DNA from: the human T2T-CHM13v2.0 reference genome, Homo sapiens
Assembly: GCF_009914755.1 (NCBI RefSeq)
Contig: NC_060929.1
Strand: one strand, 5' to 3'
Length of the DNA: 64,000 bases
A program made the translations under genes and the position numbers. Shown here one piece after another: positions 28,401 to 41,100 of this stretch. Positions within the stretch are counted from its first letter, which is position 1. Every line of letters starts with the position of its first letter. The notes under the pieces were generated by a model that made no database searches, was not told the DNA's origin, and was given only the letters and a program-made list of their open reading frames with translations.

Positions 28401-28808
28401 CAGGAAGCAGCTAAGATTGGTCTTAGTCCTTATCCTAATCTAACAGCAGTTAGATGTACTTCTTTAGAGGGGGGAGTGAGACAGCCAGGTGAGAGGGGGT
28501 CCCTGGAGAAACTCCAAGTGGCCTGCCCACTGGCGTGGAGTCACAGAAGTTCACACCCTTTGCAGTGGGGAGGAGATGGGCTCCTCCTCTTCCTCTGTGG
28601 AACCTGAGATTGGAATGCTGGATGGGAAGCACTCTAGCAGAGGGTCTCTGGCCTTGTGAGAGTCCCTATTTCCCCTTTTTTTTTCCCTTTTCACCCAATA
28701 AAACCCTGCCTTACTCACCCTTTAAGCTGTCTGCTAGCCTAAATTTTTGTGGCCATGGGACGGACAAGAACCCTGTCTTTAGCTGGACTAAGGAAAAGTC
28801 CTGCAACA
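25473..28808 (+). mobile_element. MER61 (ERV1) deleted provirus: partial 5' LTR 25473-~25635, internal region, complete 3' LTR 28477-28808
   Basis: Two homologous LTRs starting TGAGACAG(T/C)CAGGTG; polypurine tract AGAGGGGGGAG before the 3' LTR; LTR ends GCAACA; flanks GCTT/ACTT (4-bp TSD with one mismatch). Confidence 0.85.
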
Positions 28809-29009
28809 ACTTTTGCTGTCAGAAGTATTTTTACAGGAGATGGTTAGATGGTTGAATTTAGTTGCCACCACCCAAAGGGGTCAATTCACACTTCATATAT
28901 AATTTGACAATGAGAGTAAAATGTAGTATGCTAAGTGAAAAGAAGGTGAGTACTTTGGAAAATAAGCATTTGCAAGCTATGCTATCCTCAGGGAGAATAG
29001 ATGGTTGGA

Positions 29010-29394
29010 ATGATTATTGCTATGTGTCATCTTGACTAGACTAGTGTGCCCAGCCAAACATTATTTTGGATGTGTCTGTGAGAGTGTTTTTGGATGAGAT
29101 TAACATTTGAATAGGTAGACTGAGTAAAGCAGATCGTCCTCAGTAATGTATGTGGTCCTCAACTGATCAGGGGAAGTCCTGACTAGAACAAAAAGGCTGA
29201 CCGCTCACCCCGACACGGAAAGATAATTCTTCCTGCCTAATAACTTGCAAAGTGGGACATAGGATTTGTCATGCTGGTGACTGGAACTACACCGTCAGCT
29301 CACCTTGGTCCCCAGCTTGCACAGCCACCCTGCAGATCTTGGGACTTGTCAGACTCCATAATAGCATAAGCCAATTCTTTACAATAAATCTCTC

Positions 29395-29425
<31 letters not shown>

Positions 29426-29655
29426 GTATATATATATATACATACATATGTGTATATATATATACATACATATGTATATATATATACATACATATACATA
29501 CATACATACATACATATGTATATGTATGTATATATATATATACACACACACACAGAGAGAGCAAATATCTATGTATATAAATATCTATCTATCTCTCTAT
29601 ATATATACATAGAGAGATATTCTGCTGGTTCTGTTTCTCTGGAGAAATAATAACA
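29010..29655 (+). mobile_element. MLT2D-like ERVL LTR containing an expanded (TA/TACA)n microsatellite (29392-29620)
   Basis: TATGTGTCATCTTGACTAG...GGATGTGTCTGTGAGAGTGTTTTTGGATGAGATTAACATTTGAA...GGTTCTGTTTCTCTGGAGAA. Confidence 0.85.
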
Positions 29656-30959
29656 TGGTTAAGGATCAAATAAACAAATAAAAAGAAGATATTCATATAT
29701 TTCTAACATTCCTCTAGGATTTATGAGGCACAAAAAGAACAGAGCTTTGGTGCATCTGACTGTGCCTTTTCCTTGATTTCTTATGGGAAACTTTTCGGCT
29801 TGCTTTATTTCTTCACAATCCAGGAGAGAATATCTAAGAAAGACAGCAAATCATTCCCTCACACAGGCAATGTTGAGCCATTGTGTGGTCGCTGCTCAAT
29901 TTAACTATTGTGTTATGACAAAAGGACAATGCAGATTGATTACGCCATTATCCCCCACTGGGTCTCCAAGCTGAATGGCCAATTTGGTATGACTGCTCAG
30001 TTTGTCTTTTGCATTTTATGTGTTACATGGCCTTACTAGGAAACACAATTGCACATGTGAATGAGAATGAGTCAGAGGATGTGAGTGGGAATATGTTTAT
30101 CACTTCACTTTAAGAAATCCTTAAAGGTGTTCTAAAAACATTAACTGTTCTCAGCCATTTTTTTCCCTTAAATATATGAAGAACTCAGGTTGGAAGACCA
30201 AGTGCTAAGGAAAGGGGGAAAATATATTTTACAATATTTACTATACAAAATTACGGAGTAAATCTTCAATTGTTGAATAAGAAGTAACCTTAGACTTTTC
30301 TCCATTGCTTCAATGCTGGATGCTAATAGGGCTGCAGGGTGGAAGGAAATAGTTTGCAAGCTATGAATTCACTATATTGATAGCAAACTTGTTTTAAAAT
30401 TGCTGTCAGTGGACCCTTTATAACTTTTGAATAAGAAAAAGCCATGTTTTCTCATGTTAAATGATTGCTTTAAACTGGAACTTAATTAGCATATTAGACC
30501 AACAAGCTTTTCTACACTGTAAGGAATGTCGAACCAGACAAGAAGGATGTGTGAAACATTCAGGTAAATGTGATCCCAGCTGTCCTGACAACCCTGGGCA
30601 GCTGGTGCACTTTGGAAACATACTGTGACACTGTCACCAGGAATTCAATAAGTGTTGCAGAAGTATTTCCTGGAAAATGTGGATGCACACAATTAAGCAG
30701 AAAGGAGCAGATTCAGTCCAAGAGCAATGTAGAAACCTGGAACTAATGACTAGTTAGGTTAAAACACTGGATCTGGCCACACTGTTACACTGATCACATG
30801 GCACAACTCGTCAGCCATGCATGGCAGACTTTGGCACAGGAACCTCCATGCCAAGTCAGTAAATCTCAACACTGTCAATACAGGAGCCACCTGAGCTCTG
30901 ATCATTTTATTACAGGAAAACATACATGGTCCATGGTCCCACTTCATAATTTGCGGTTT

Positions 30960-31133
30960 TTTGTTTTTTTTTTTTTGGAGACAGAGTCTTGCTCATTCGC
31001 CCAGGCTGGAGTGCAGTGGCGCGGTCTCGGCTCATGGCTCACTGCAAGCTCTGCCTCCCAGGTTCACGCCATTCTCCTGACTCAGCCTCCTGAGTAGCTG
31101 GGACTACAGGCACCCGCCACCATGCCCAGCTAA
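30960..31133 (-). mobile_element. AluY, right arm only (truncated at the central linker), with TSD
   Basis: GCAAGCTCTGCCTCCCAGGTTCACGCCATT diagnostic; TSD TCATAATTTG(C)GGTTT at 30944 and 31134. Confidence 0.9.
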
Positions 31134-31254
31134 TCATAATTTGGGTTTATAAAGAATCATTCTTTCCTGTCTAGCTTACTTAATGAGTTGTTAGTTAGTA
31201 CTTATCGTGTAGAATACAATGAGTAGTTAAGTATTCACTGAGAAATTCTAATTA

Positions 31255-31850
31255 TAAAAATCAGTGCAAAGATACTTACATAGTTTCAAGGTATTACCCC
31301 CTACCCCCCACAGATTACTCATCAATCACAAAGGGGAAACCTAGGATAACAGGCAGATAACAAGGTGATACAATTTCACTTCATGAACAATGAGACAGAA
31401 AAGCAAACTGACTTTATGTTTGCAATAATGTGATGCAATGGACAAATCCCATCATCACCCATATGGTATTCTTACCAAAGGGTTTACAATTAAATATGAG
31501 AAAACAATCAGGCAAATAGAGATACTTAACTATCCTACAATATAATTGTCCTTAATTATCATACAAATCTAGAATGAGGAATATCCTACAATGCAATTGG
31601 CTTAAACTTTTCAAAAATATCAATGTTATGAAAGAAAATAAAAGATGAAAGGACTCTTGTAGATTAATGAAAAGTAAAACAACATTACAATGAGTTAAAA
31701 TGCACAATCTTGTTGGTTCGAGTCCTTAACAGAAGGTCAAAAAAAAGCTGTAAGATATTTGAGGGATAACTGGATATATTTGATTACGGATATTAGAAAA
31801 TATTTTTGAACAATGTTAAATTTATGGGGTGTGGAACAAGGTAATATGTA
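31255..31850 (+). mobile_element. L1MC4/5-like 3' region
   Basis: GAAAACAATCAGGCAAA...GAGGAATATCCTACAA...TTCAAAAATATCAATGTTATGAAAG. Confidence 0.65.
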
Positions 31851-32100
31851 AGACTCAGCTGTGATGCAATCAGAAGAAGGATCACTACAGTGGTTGACGG
31901 TGAAGCACATTATGGCCACAGGCCCCACTCATGCAGAAAGCTCTGTGACCAGTTTCTGCTATTATTGGAATAGCTTCTCCTGTCACCGGTTGGAGGACAA
32001 ACCAGAGGGGTTTTCTCCTTCAAAGAGAGAAGGACCAAATCTAGGCTAACGGGGCCCTGAGGCTTATACAGTTTTGAGAGCTCTCTTTAAGAACAAAGAC

Positions 32101-32252
32101 AGGGGGAAGGGATAGCATTGGGAGATATACCTAATGCTAGATGACACATTAGTGGGTGCAGCGCACCAGCATGGCACATGTATACATATGTAACTAACCT
32201 GCACAATGTGCACATGTACCCTAAAACTTAGAGTATAATAAAAAAAAAAAAA
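32101..32252 (+). mobile_element. L1HS-Ta, extreme 5' truncation (~140 bp of 3'UTR plus A tail)
   Basis: GATGACACATTAGTGG (ACA at 32146-32148) and CTTAGAGTATAAT (G at 32231) are the Ta diagnostics; nearly identical to the L1HS 3' end. Confidence 0.95.
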
Positions 32253-32374
32253 CACACAAAATTATAAATAAAAAATTGGATAAAATAATATTTCCTTAGA
32301 ATGAGAAAAAAACTTTAAAAATTGCTAACTAAAACAAAATATACCATTGTCTTAAATAAAATTACATTGAATTG

Positions 32375-32790
32375 GATTGTTCAGAAAAATGTTGGAGGAC
32401 TAGAGTTAGGAACAGCACCTTTGAGAGAGGAAAGGAAGCAGGATGAGAGAGACAGAAAGACCAATTGACCCAGGTTGACCTGTAGTGCAGAAGCAACAAA
32501 GGCTCGGTCCACTCCCCTGGGAACTCTAGAACTGAAATGGTCTATCGACTCTGTGCTCCTGGCAGGCAAGAACGTCAGGTCTTTGTACCTCACTAGTGAC
32601 CTGGTTTGGAGGTGGGCTGCACTCAGAATGGGGTGTAATCTCAATCAAGGCAGCTGCTATCAGGCTGGGCAATTCCTGGAAGGTGCTGCAGCTATGAGCA
32701 AAAAGCAGCCACCACTTCCAGCCACTAGAAGAATGAAGGCCTCTGTTCTGAAAGACGAATCTGGGGATTGCATCTCTCTATATACTATAA
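32375..32790 (-). mobile_element. MLT1J-like MaLR LTR
   Basis: GAAGAATGAAGGCCTCTGTTCTGAAAGACGAATCTGGGG and AAGGCAGCTGCTATCAGGCTG motifs. Confidence 0.6.
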
Positions 32791-32840
32791 CCCAAACAGC
32801 CCAAAATTCGAGGAACACCATGTATATTTTAGTTGCACAC

Positions 32841-33299
32841 TGTGAGAAACACATTCGCCTGTCCAAACCCAAAGAATGGACTCGGAGACACAGAGAACAG
32901 CAGAAGCGAGACTTTTAACAGCAGTCTTGCAAGATTGGGTGTCTGATAGGCAGGCACAGCTGGGGCAGTTACAGCAGGTAATTTACCTCCTAACATGCAA
33001 GAACCTCCCCCAGTTCCTCATTGGCCGAGTAATATGGGGTTACAGTCTTCCCGGATGTCACCTGCGTTTCATTATCCCCCTTATAAGGTTATACCCCCGT
33101 CCGTTTCCCCACTTAAGTTTTGATTTCCCAATAATGAAACTTTCTTCCTTTTTATGGGTTGACCCCTCCTCTACATTCTGTTCACTTATCGTGACCTTCT
33201 AGGTGCATGAGCTGTGCGGTTTGTCACGTCCACAGGCTGGTTGCCAGTACTTAGCTTTATTAGGCCTTGAAAATGGACCATTTAAAATGTTTTCTCACA
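32841..33299 (-). mobile_element. Solo LTR47A-like (ERVL) LTR with 5-bp TSD
   Basis: TGTGAGAAA...TTTCTCACA inverted termini; CACAC at 32836-32840 and 33300-33304. Confidence 0.8.
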
Positions 33300-36142
33300 C
33301 ACACTTTTTGATTACCTGTTTATTTGCCCACAATTTATAATATTATTTTCCTTAGAGAAAATAGAAGGATAATTTAGTCTTGCCTTTAAGAAAGCTGTTC
33401 AAAATTACAGCTGCACTACTGTAAATGTGTTTTTCCCCTAAATTTGGAAAATTATTTGAAAATTTGGACAAATCTCTATCAACTTTCTTTTATATATGAA
33501 CTGTAATATTTCAGATACTATGAGTTTCTTTGGCAGTGACTAAATTTAAATGTTGTTTGTAATGGTGACACTCATTCATCTATTAGTATTCAAATATTCC
33601 TTGTAGTGAGAGTTATGAGTTTTATGTTGAGTCCTGCCTCTTCATTTCAGGACACAAGGGAATTGGCACAGTAGTGGTGGGTACATTCTGGAAGCCATTT
33701 TGACACTGAGACAAGCAAAAACTTACCTATAAATGGAAATAACTGTAAAGCACAGATATGTACATCTTACTAATCCCAAATTAAATGTGTCTGTAGCTTA
33801 GCTGCATTCTCATAACGCCTGCAGCCACTGAGGCCAGCCCACACAAAAGGGCTGGTCCAAGAGAGAGACTGAAACTGAAGTCTCAGTAGCTTCAAAACAA
33901 ATCTGCCTCCACCCCCGGGGCTAATCACTTTCTAAGCTTTTGGTTTATTCACTATCCCTCTACCCTATGGTTCTTGCTGCTGGATTTCACACACCGTCAG
34001 CCAACACCGTGAACAAATTACTGAAGTGCATCAGAATCTTGGGTTACAAGCTCAGTAAATATAGGGGAGACATGGAGATATAAAACTCCAGTTTCTCAGG
34101 TCAGGTTGGCCCTAGTTAAAGAATTACACAGTGTCAGTCAGGCACTCCCTGCTCTTGGCCCTGTGCCCAGCTCCTCTTAGAAATGGAAGTTCCTTTCATG
34201 TGTCCTTTTTAGGTAGGTTATAACTTCCTCCAAGACCGTGGCTATTTCTTTGGATTCAGTTATTGTCTAAGGAAGCACAGTATTTTCTGCCTGTACCCTC
34301 TGTTTCTCCTTAAATGCCTCTGGATTTCACAATGAAATTATTTTTCTCAAAGTCACCTGAACTCCCGCTACATAGTATCTCTGTGCACACCTCACAGAAT
34401 TCTCAGAACTGGCTGTTCTTTCAGCGAACACAGCGTCTCTTGCTTACTCCCTTGCATTTCATCTGAATACACAAACACTCTTTCTCTTTAGTCAGCTCTT
34501 CGAAAAGTCCCAAACGCTTATAGGACTCCTCTTTTTAAAGCCCATTAAGGATAACTATAATAAATCCTATAAGAATCAATATCTAAGATCCCAAGGCAGA
34601 AGCTAAAAGTTGCTGCAAGCAAAGATCTGACGATGACATACATCTTTTTAGAATTATGCTTAGAGTTAGATGGCTTGAAGAAATCTAACAAATTACATTT
34701 CTGAAAGTTTTAACAGAAGAAAGTACCTATTAAATTTAAATTCTGTATCAACATTTAGTGTGATGACACTTTCAGTGATAATGTTTTTCAGGGTGCAGTA
34801 GTTTGATGCGTTTCTTTTGCTCATTGAAGGTCTTATTAATTAACTTTAAAAACTTTTTTCATTTTGATTCAACAAATATGGATAGTATAAAGATTATTAA
34901 TGGACGAGATTATTAATTGACTCATTTCTTCCTTCTCTTGGATTCTTTGAGGTTGCTGATATTTTTACCCAATTCCATTTCACAGCCTTCTCAGATTCCT
35001 CAAATGTAAACATTAGACAGCTGGATATAAGTTGTTTTCAATAAAGGACATTTAGCTCTGAAATGTCTTCCTTGCTGTGACACTGTCAAGTCTCATATTC
35101 CCCACCTTTCTTAAAGGGGCACATAATGACTATATTTTTCATTTGGCTACCTGATATAGATGACAACTGAAGGAAAAGTATTTTAAAACTCATTTTATGC
35201 TAATATAATCACAACTCTAATTTTGGGGATTAATTTTATGTTAATTTTAGTACTGTTACCCTGAGGCATTTTGTGGGAAAGATGAAAATTTGAAAATGGA
35301 ATAAATAAAAAAAGTATTTATTATCTGGTCATTCAATTATTTTTTTCTATTTTTACTTTTCTCTAACACATATGAGTACATTAAAATAATGATCAACTTT
35401 CTCAGCACGTATCAGCATCATTGACATAAAATGTTCCTACAGTCCTCCATTTATTAAAAAAAGTTCTCAAGTTCTCAATATGTTGGCAAATTAGAGGCTG
35501 TTTTAGCAAATCTAGTCCTATGTTCATAAAATAAAGAATATTGGAATTGTAGTTGCTTCAATAATAAAATCAATGGCAAATTGAAAAATCCTTCAAAACT
35601 CAAATAAGTTAATTATTAAGTTATCAACTTAAAATTAATAAAGGCAATCAATTGTCTCTTTTAGTCTCTCTTCATCTTACCCCACCATCCACATACAGAG
35701 ACAATTAAGCTGCTAATTTAAATGCTTAGGACAAACTCAAAGAGGCACAAAAACTGCTTAGTTAGCCTGAGTTCATCACCTAGTGGGAGGGCAATGGCAG
35801 AAAAAGAAGGAATTGTCAGTTTTCTTTACTCTGCTCAGCATCTCTCATTGATTAAGATTCCTCAAGGGCAAGAACATTTAATGGGCTTCAGTGTATAATT
35901 TGTCTGTCTGCCTCTTCTCAGAATTCATTATATTAACATTCTTTCCTCTGTCACTTAGTTTCAGAGGTAAAGCAAGGAATGCTTCCTTTTTAGAGCTTTG
36001 CAGTTTGAGAATCACATCACTTCAAGATTCTTGATTAGTTTTTAGTTTCAAGGCAGAAAAAGCTTGGTGTTTTTCTTTGTCCACGTGTTTAATGTTGGTT
36101 TCATTTGACTTTTACTTGCAACCAGAATTTACAAGGGTTTGA

Positions 36143-36683
36143 CTAGTGGTATGGTGGTAAAGTTGTAATGACTGGCAAACTTGTTGCCACCCAGAATCCC
36201 TCTCTCCATCCTAAAAAAGAGCCTATATTGGCTGGGCACGGTGGCTCACGACTGTAATCCCAACACTTTGGGAGGCCGAGGCGGGCAGATCACAAGGACA
36301 GGAGATGGAGACCATCCTGGCCAACATGGTGAAACCCCGTCTCTACTAAAAATACAAAAATTAGCTGGGCGTGGTGGCACGTGTCTGTAGTCCCAGCTAT
36401 TTGGGAGGCTGAGGCAGGAGAATCACTTGAACCCAGGAGGTGGAGGTTTCAGTGAGCCAAGATTGAGCCATTGCACTCCAGCCTGGTGACAGAGCAAGAC
36501 TCCGTCTCAAAAACAAATAAACAAACAGCTTATATTAGTAGCGTTTACTAATTTCCATAATGTATGTACTCTCACCATGTCTGATTTCGGGCAATAATGT
36601 GATGCTACTGAGTCTGGAGTTGGGAAGTGCTGGGCATGATCAGCTCTCCTTTGCCAGGATACATTAGCTCCAGCACACCACTG
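36143..36683. mobile_element. MER63A-like hAT-Blackjack transposon split by an Alu
   Basis: Termini TAGTGGTATGGTGGTAAA and GCTCCAGCACACCACTG; internal ACTCTCACCATGTCTGATTTC. Confidence 0.7.
36230..36522 (+). mobile_element. AluSc-like element
   Basis: GAGACCATCCTGGCCAACATGG; degenerate TSD AAAGAGCCTATATT / AAACAGCTTATATT. Confidence 0.92.
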
Positions 36684-37437
36684 TGTTTAGCCATTGGGGA
36701 GAAAGAGGAAAGGAAACCCCTGATGTTTGCCTACAGCCTGGATCAAAGGATTCTATGCTGAAGTTCTGTATATTCAACTGAATCTCTTATTACAGTTATC
36801 TTCTTGGAAATTGACATCATGTAACCCAAAGGAAATACACTCTCTAAAAAATAGTTGAACCTTGAGTTTTAGTCAAATAAATACATAAAATGTGTCTAAT
36901 TAATTGTCTTTTAAAATTCTGATTGTGTCTCCTTAGAAGTAGCATCACTTACCTGAAAAGCAAGGTATGTTTGGTATGATTGAAGGAAAGTTCTACTGCC
37001 TTGAAAGATGAATTCTAAAAGAAGATATTCCTTTTTTTCCTTCCCAGGTTCCTCAAATTTTTCACATTAAATACCTTAGTTAATTAGAATCGTCATGCTT
37101 AAAGCTTTATTTCATAGAGCCTACAGCTGGAAGAGACCTTAGGTGATAAGGCAATGTCACACAAAACACTTTGAAAACTCTACAACTATTATAGTTGTAC
37201 AACTAGTATATTTTATTATTTATTATCATAATATGCTGTTCAACCCAATAATTTTACAGGGATGTTAAGTAATTTTCCACAATTATTATTAAAAGTTAAG
37301 GCTAGAACACAGATCTTTTACATTTCATAGTAAGAAAATTCATATAATATCAGATTGCCTGCCTTATTGTTTACTCCCTCTTTTAAGTGTTGAAATAAAA
37401 CCAAAATTTAAATATTATGCATATTTAAGAGAGTCCT

Positions 37438-38101
<664 letters not shown>

Positions 38102-41100
38102 TCAATTCCTTTCTTTTCAGATTTTTGATCTGCATTGCTGTTATATTTAGTAATTCTTATTGATTATTAAGGTGGCCAACGTCAACAGATTATCTGTATT
38201 TTTTTACCATTATTTTACAAATATATTAACCTGCATGGTATTGCATATAGACATATTATATGTGTGAGTAAATGGGTGATTCTAGACTTTAAACATTTGT
38301 CACTAAGCTTCTGATGATACCTTTAGAGCTATTATAATCAATTTTATAGTATACTTGGTGACCTTAGTTTTAAGACTGCTGTTCACAATTTCATAGATTA
38401 TTTTTATGATATAAAAGTAGCAAAAATTTTTGCAGATATTTCTCATAAAGGAATATTAAAAATTTGCGAAAGAAACATTACTAAGTTGGTCATTCATAAA
38501 GTCATAATTGCCATATTATATTTAAAAAGTATATTTAGGTATTTTCAAAGGCCCTCTCTCTCTCTCTCTCCTTCCATCTGTCTTCTGAAACAGATATCAG
38601 AATTTGAAAGATGTTGACATCCTTTGGGTAATTCCTTTTTATTGTATTTAGTAAATATTTGAGTGCTTATAAAAATTTGAGAGTTTATTATAGATCATCC
38701 TTCCTCAACTATTTTTCATTTTTTTCCAGATGCCAAGCCAGTCTTCCACAGACAGTTTCCTAATAAAGTTGTCTAAAGCATCTCTCATTCTAAATTGCTA
38801 CCATCAAAATATATGTGAAGGGGGGAAGACTATTTTTGCTTGAGATTTGGGCATCATTGTCCTTCACTTCATAAAAGTGCATTTGATAGTTAATACATAT
38901 GTACAGGAAAAAAGATTTTTAGTTCTTACATTTTAAAATACTCATACATTTTCCAATGAGTTTCATATCCAGTATCATGTTAAGACTTTGAAGAAAAGCT
39001 TAAAGTAGATAGAATAAATATTCTTGTGAATATTTTATAAGGACACTGAGTAAGAGAAATTAATGTTGAAATGTAGAAAACTACAAGATATCTGGAAAAT
39101 ATTTAGTTAACAAAAATCTAAGTTGTAACTAAATGTGGTGAGTACATTTTAGAACATATATGGTATTTAGAACTTTCAAATCAGCACTCTATTGACCTCC
39201 ATAGATACCATTCACAATTATAAAACTGATTTTAAATTGCACGAGAGGAGTTAGGTCCATGAAAATGTGGGGTAGGAAACTCCAGAAATTGTCCCTTCTA
39301 TAAAAGCAATGAGAAAACTGGCAGAAATGGTCAGAATCAACTTTTTCAGAATTCTTGTTACTAACCGAAGATTTATTTTTGGACTCTGTTATGTTTTCTG
39401 TCCGTTTCTTAACCTTCTATCCATTCCAGAGTTGAAGGCTGCCACTTCATTATTAAAGCTCTAGAGTATATTTTGGTTTCTAGAACAGCTGTTCTCGCCT
39501 TTTTATTCTTTTCCAAATGTTCTTGGATTTTTGTGAGGTTTACACTGGATTCCATTAAATGCATAGCTTATTCTCAATATAATTAATATATTTGCAGTCT
39601 TAGGTTTTTCTCAGTCAGAAACAGTATATGACTTCACATTTATTTTGATTTTCTTGTAACTTTCTGTAATATTTCATAACTTTTTTCAGACAGGTTTGCA
39701 TAGTTTTCGCTATATTCATTATTTTATTTTACATATTCTGTAATGAAAAAGGATATTTATTATTTGTATAACATTTTAAATCTGTTATAGCTAATATATA
39801 GAAAACTCTTATTTGCTTGTTTACTTTATGTTACTATATATAGATTTTTACAGATCGTTTTTGATTTTTTATGTATCCAAATATTTTGTGTGATAGTATT
39901 TATTTTGATTTTCTTCTAACATTCATACCTTTTCTTGTGTGATCATACCAGTTAAAATCTCCGACTAGTTTTGTAACTATGGTGACTACAGCATTCTTGT
40001 TTAATGCATTTAATTTAATTTATTCACAGAATGATAAAGAAGTATAAGCTTTTGCAGACTGTAGAAAACATCTAATCCAGCTTTTTAAATTTCGACATGT
40101 AAGAATGGGGACCAGAATACTAAAATGACTTGCTTAAATTTATATAGTTCATTTATGCCATGGCTTCTACCGGAATTCCCCCTTGACTTGCATTCAAGCT
40201 CTTTAGTACTCTAAACTACTTTTCTTTACAGGACAATCAGTAAGTCCAATAGTCTCACTCTGCTTTGTCAAAATATTGTTATTTGATTCACACGCTGCTC
40301 AAGCTTGCCAGATGCACACACACACACACAGTGGAATGTTCACTCTTCACTATCAAACTCAGTGTTCCTCATAACTAGCAAAATAAATAAAGAACAAATC
40401 TTTTTACTCTGGCCTGCTATTTATTATGCATATTTATTTATTACATATATATCAGATTACATACATAGACTTTAGTTTACTAAAATACAGATTATATAAA
40501 AATATCAAATCAAGTCTTCTCTGGCAGACGTTCAGTTTATATCTCGAATTCAAATAAACTTGATGCCCATTAGTGTAGTTTCATCCGCAAGTCGAGGTTG
40601 GTCTATATGCCATGGCCATTCCTTTCCTGGAAACAGGTTATTTGACTGCAAGAGTTCTTTTTATGAAGATGGATCTAACGATTTTTGAAGTTCCATAAGA
40701 CAATATTCTGTGCACCTGTGTGAATGTTTTGTCAGGATCAGTTATAAGATATGTAATTATATGGATGTTTACTAATTAATGCAAAACCCAGTGGGACTGC
40801 CAGAGAGTTTAAACAAGTTCTCTCTTGCATATGACGACAATTGTTCTGATGCGTCAAGTTTCATTAAGCTAACAAGGCCAATCACTTGAAGGGTTTTAGG
40901 TAGATTTGGATGATATTTTCACATTATGAACAAAGAGTCAAACACTGTTCCATGCCCTGAGAGCCACATTTCATTATGGCAGAGAACATGTACTCCAAAG
41001 TCCTCAGCTGTTTCTTTCAGTATAATTATGCATCATAATAAGACCCCGCTGTCAAGGTGGCTACATTTTCATTCTATTGGACATCTTTATTGAAAGGATT

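Larger units (their letters stand above)
32030..33910. mobile_element. hAT-Tip100 (Zaphod/MER115-like) DNA transposon, fragmented by three insertions
   Basis: GGGCCCTGAGGCTTATACAGTTTTGAGAGCTCTCTTTAAGAA at the left and CAGTAGCTTCAAAACAAATCTGCCTC at the right resemble the two ends. Confidence 0.5.

Noticed and set aside
28477-28808. p53 response element known from some MER61 subfamilies
   Set aside because: I see no paired RRRCWWGYYY half-sites in either LTR of this copy.
29252-29650. Y/I/H/T-rich ORFs (also at 11065, 11730, 13278 and 62956)
   Set aside because: Translations of TA/CA microsatellites.
30576-30605. 10-bp hairpin CCAGCTGTCC...GGGCAGCTGG
   Set aside because: Too short to distinguish from chance in 64 kb.
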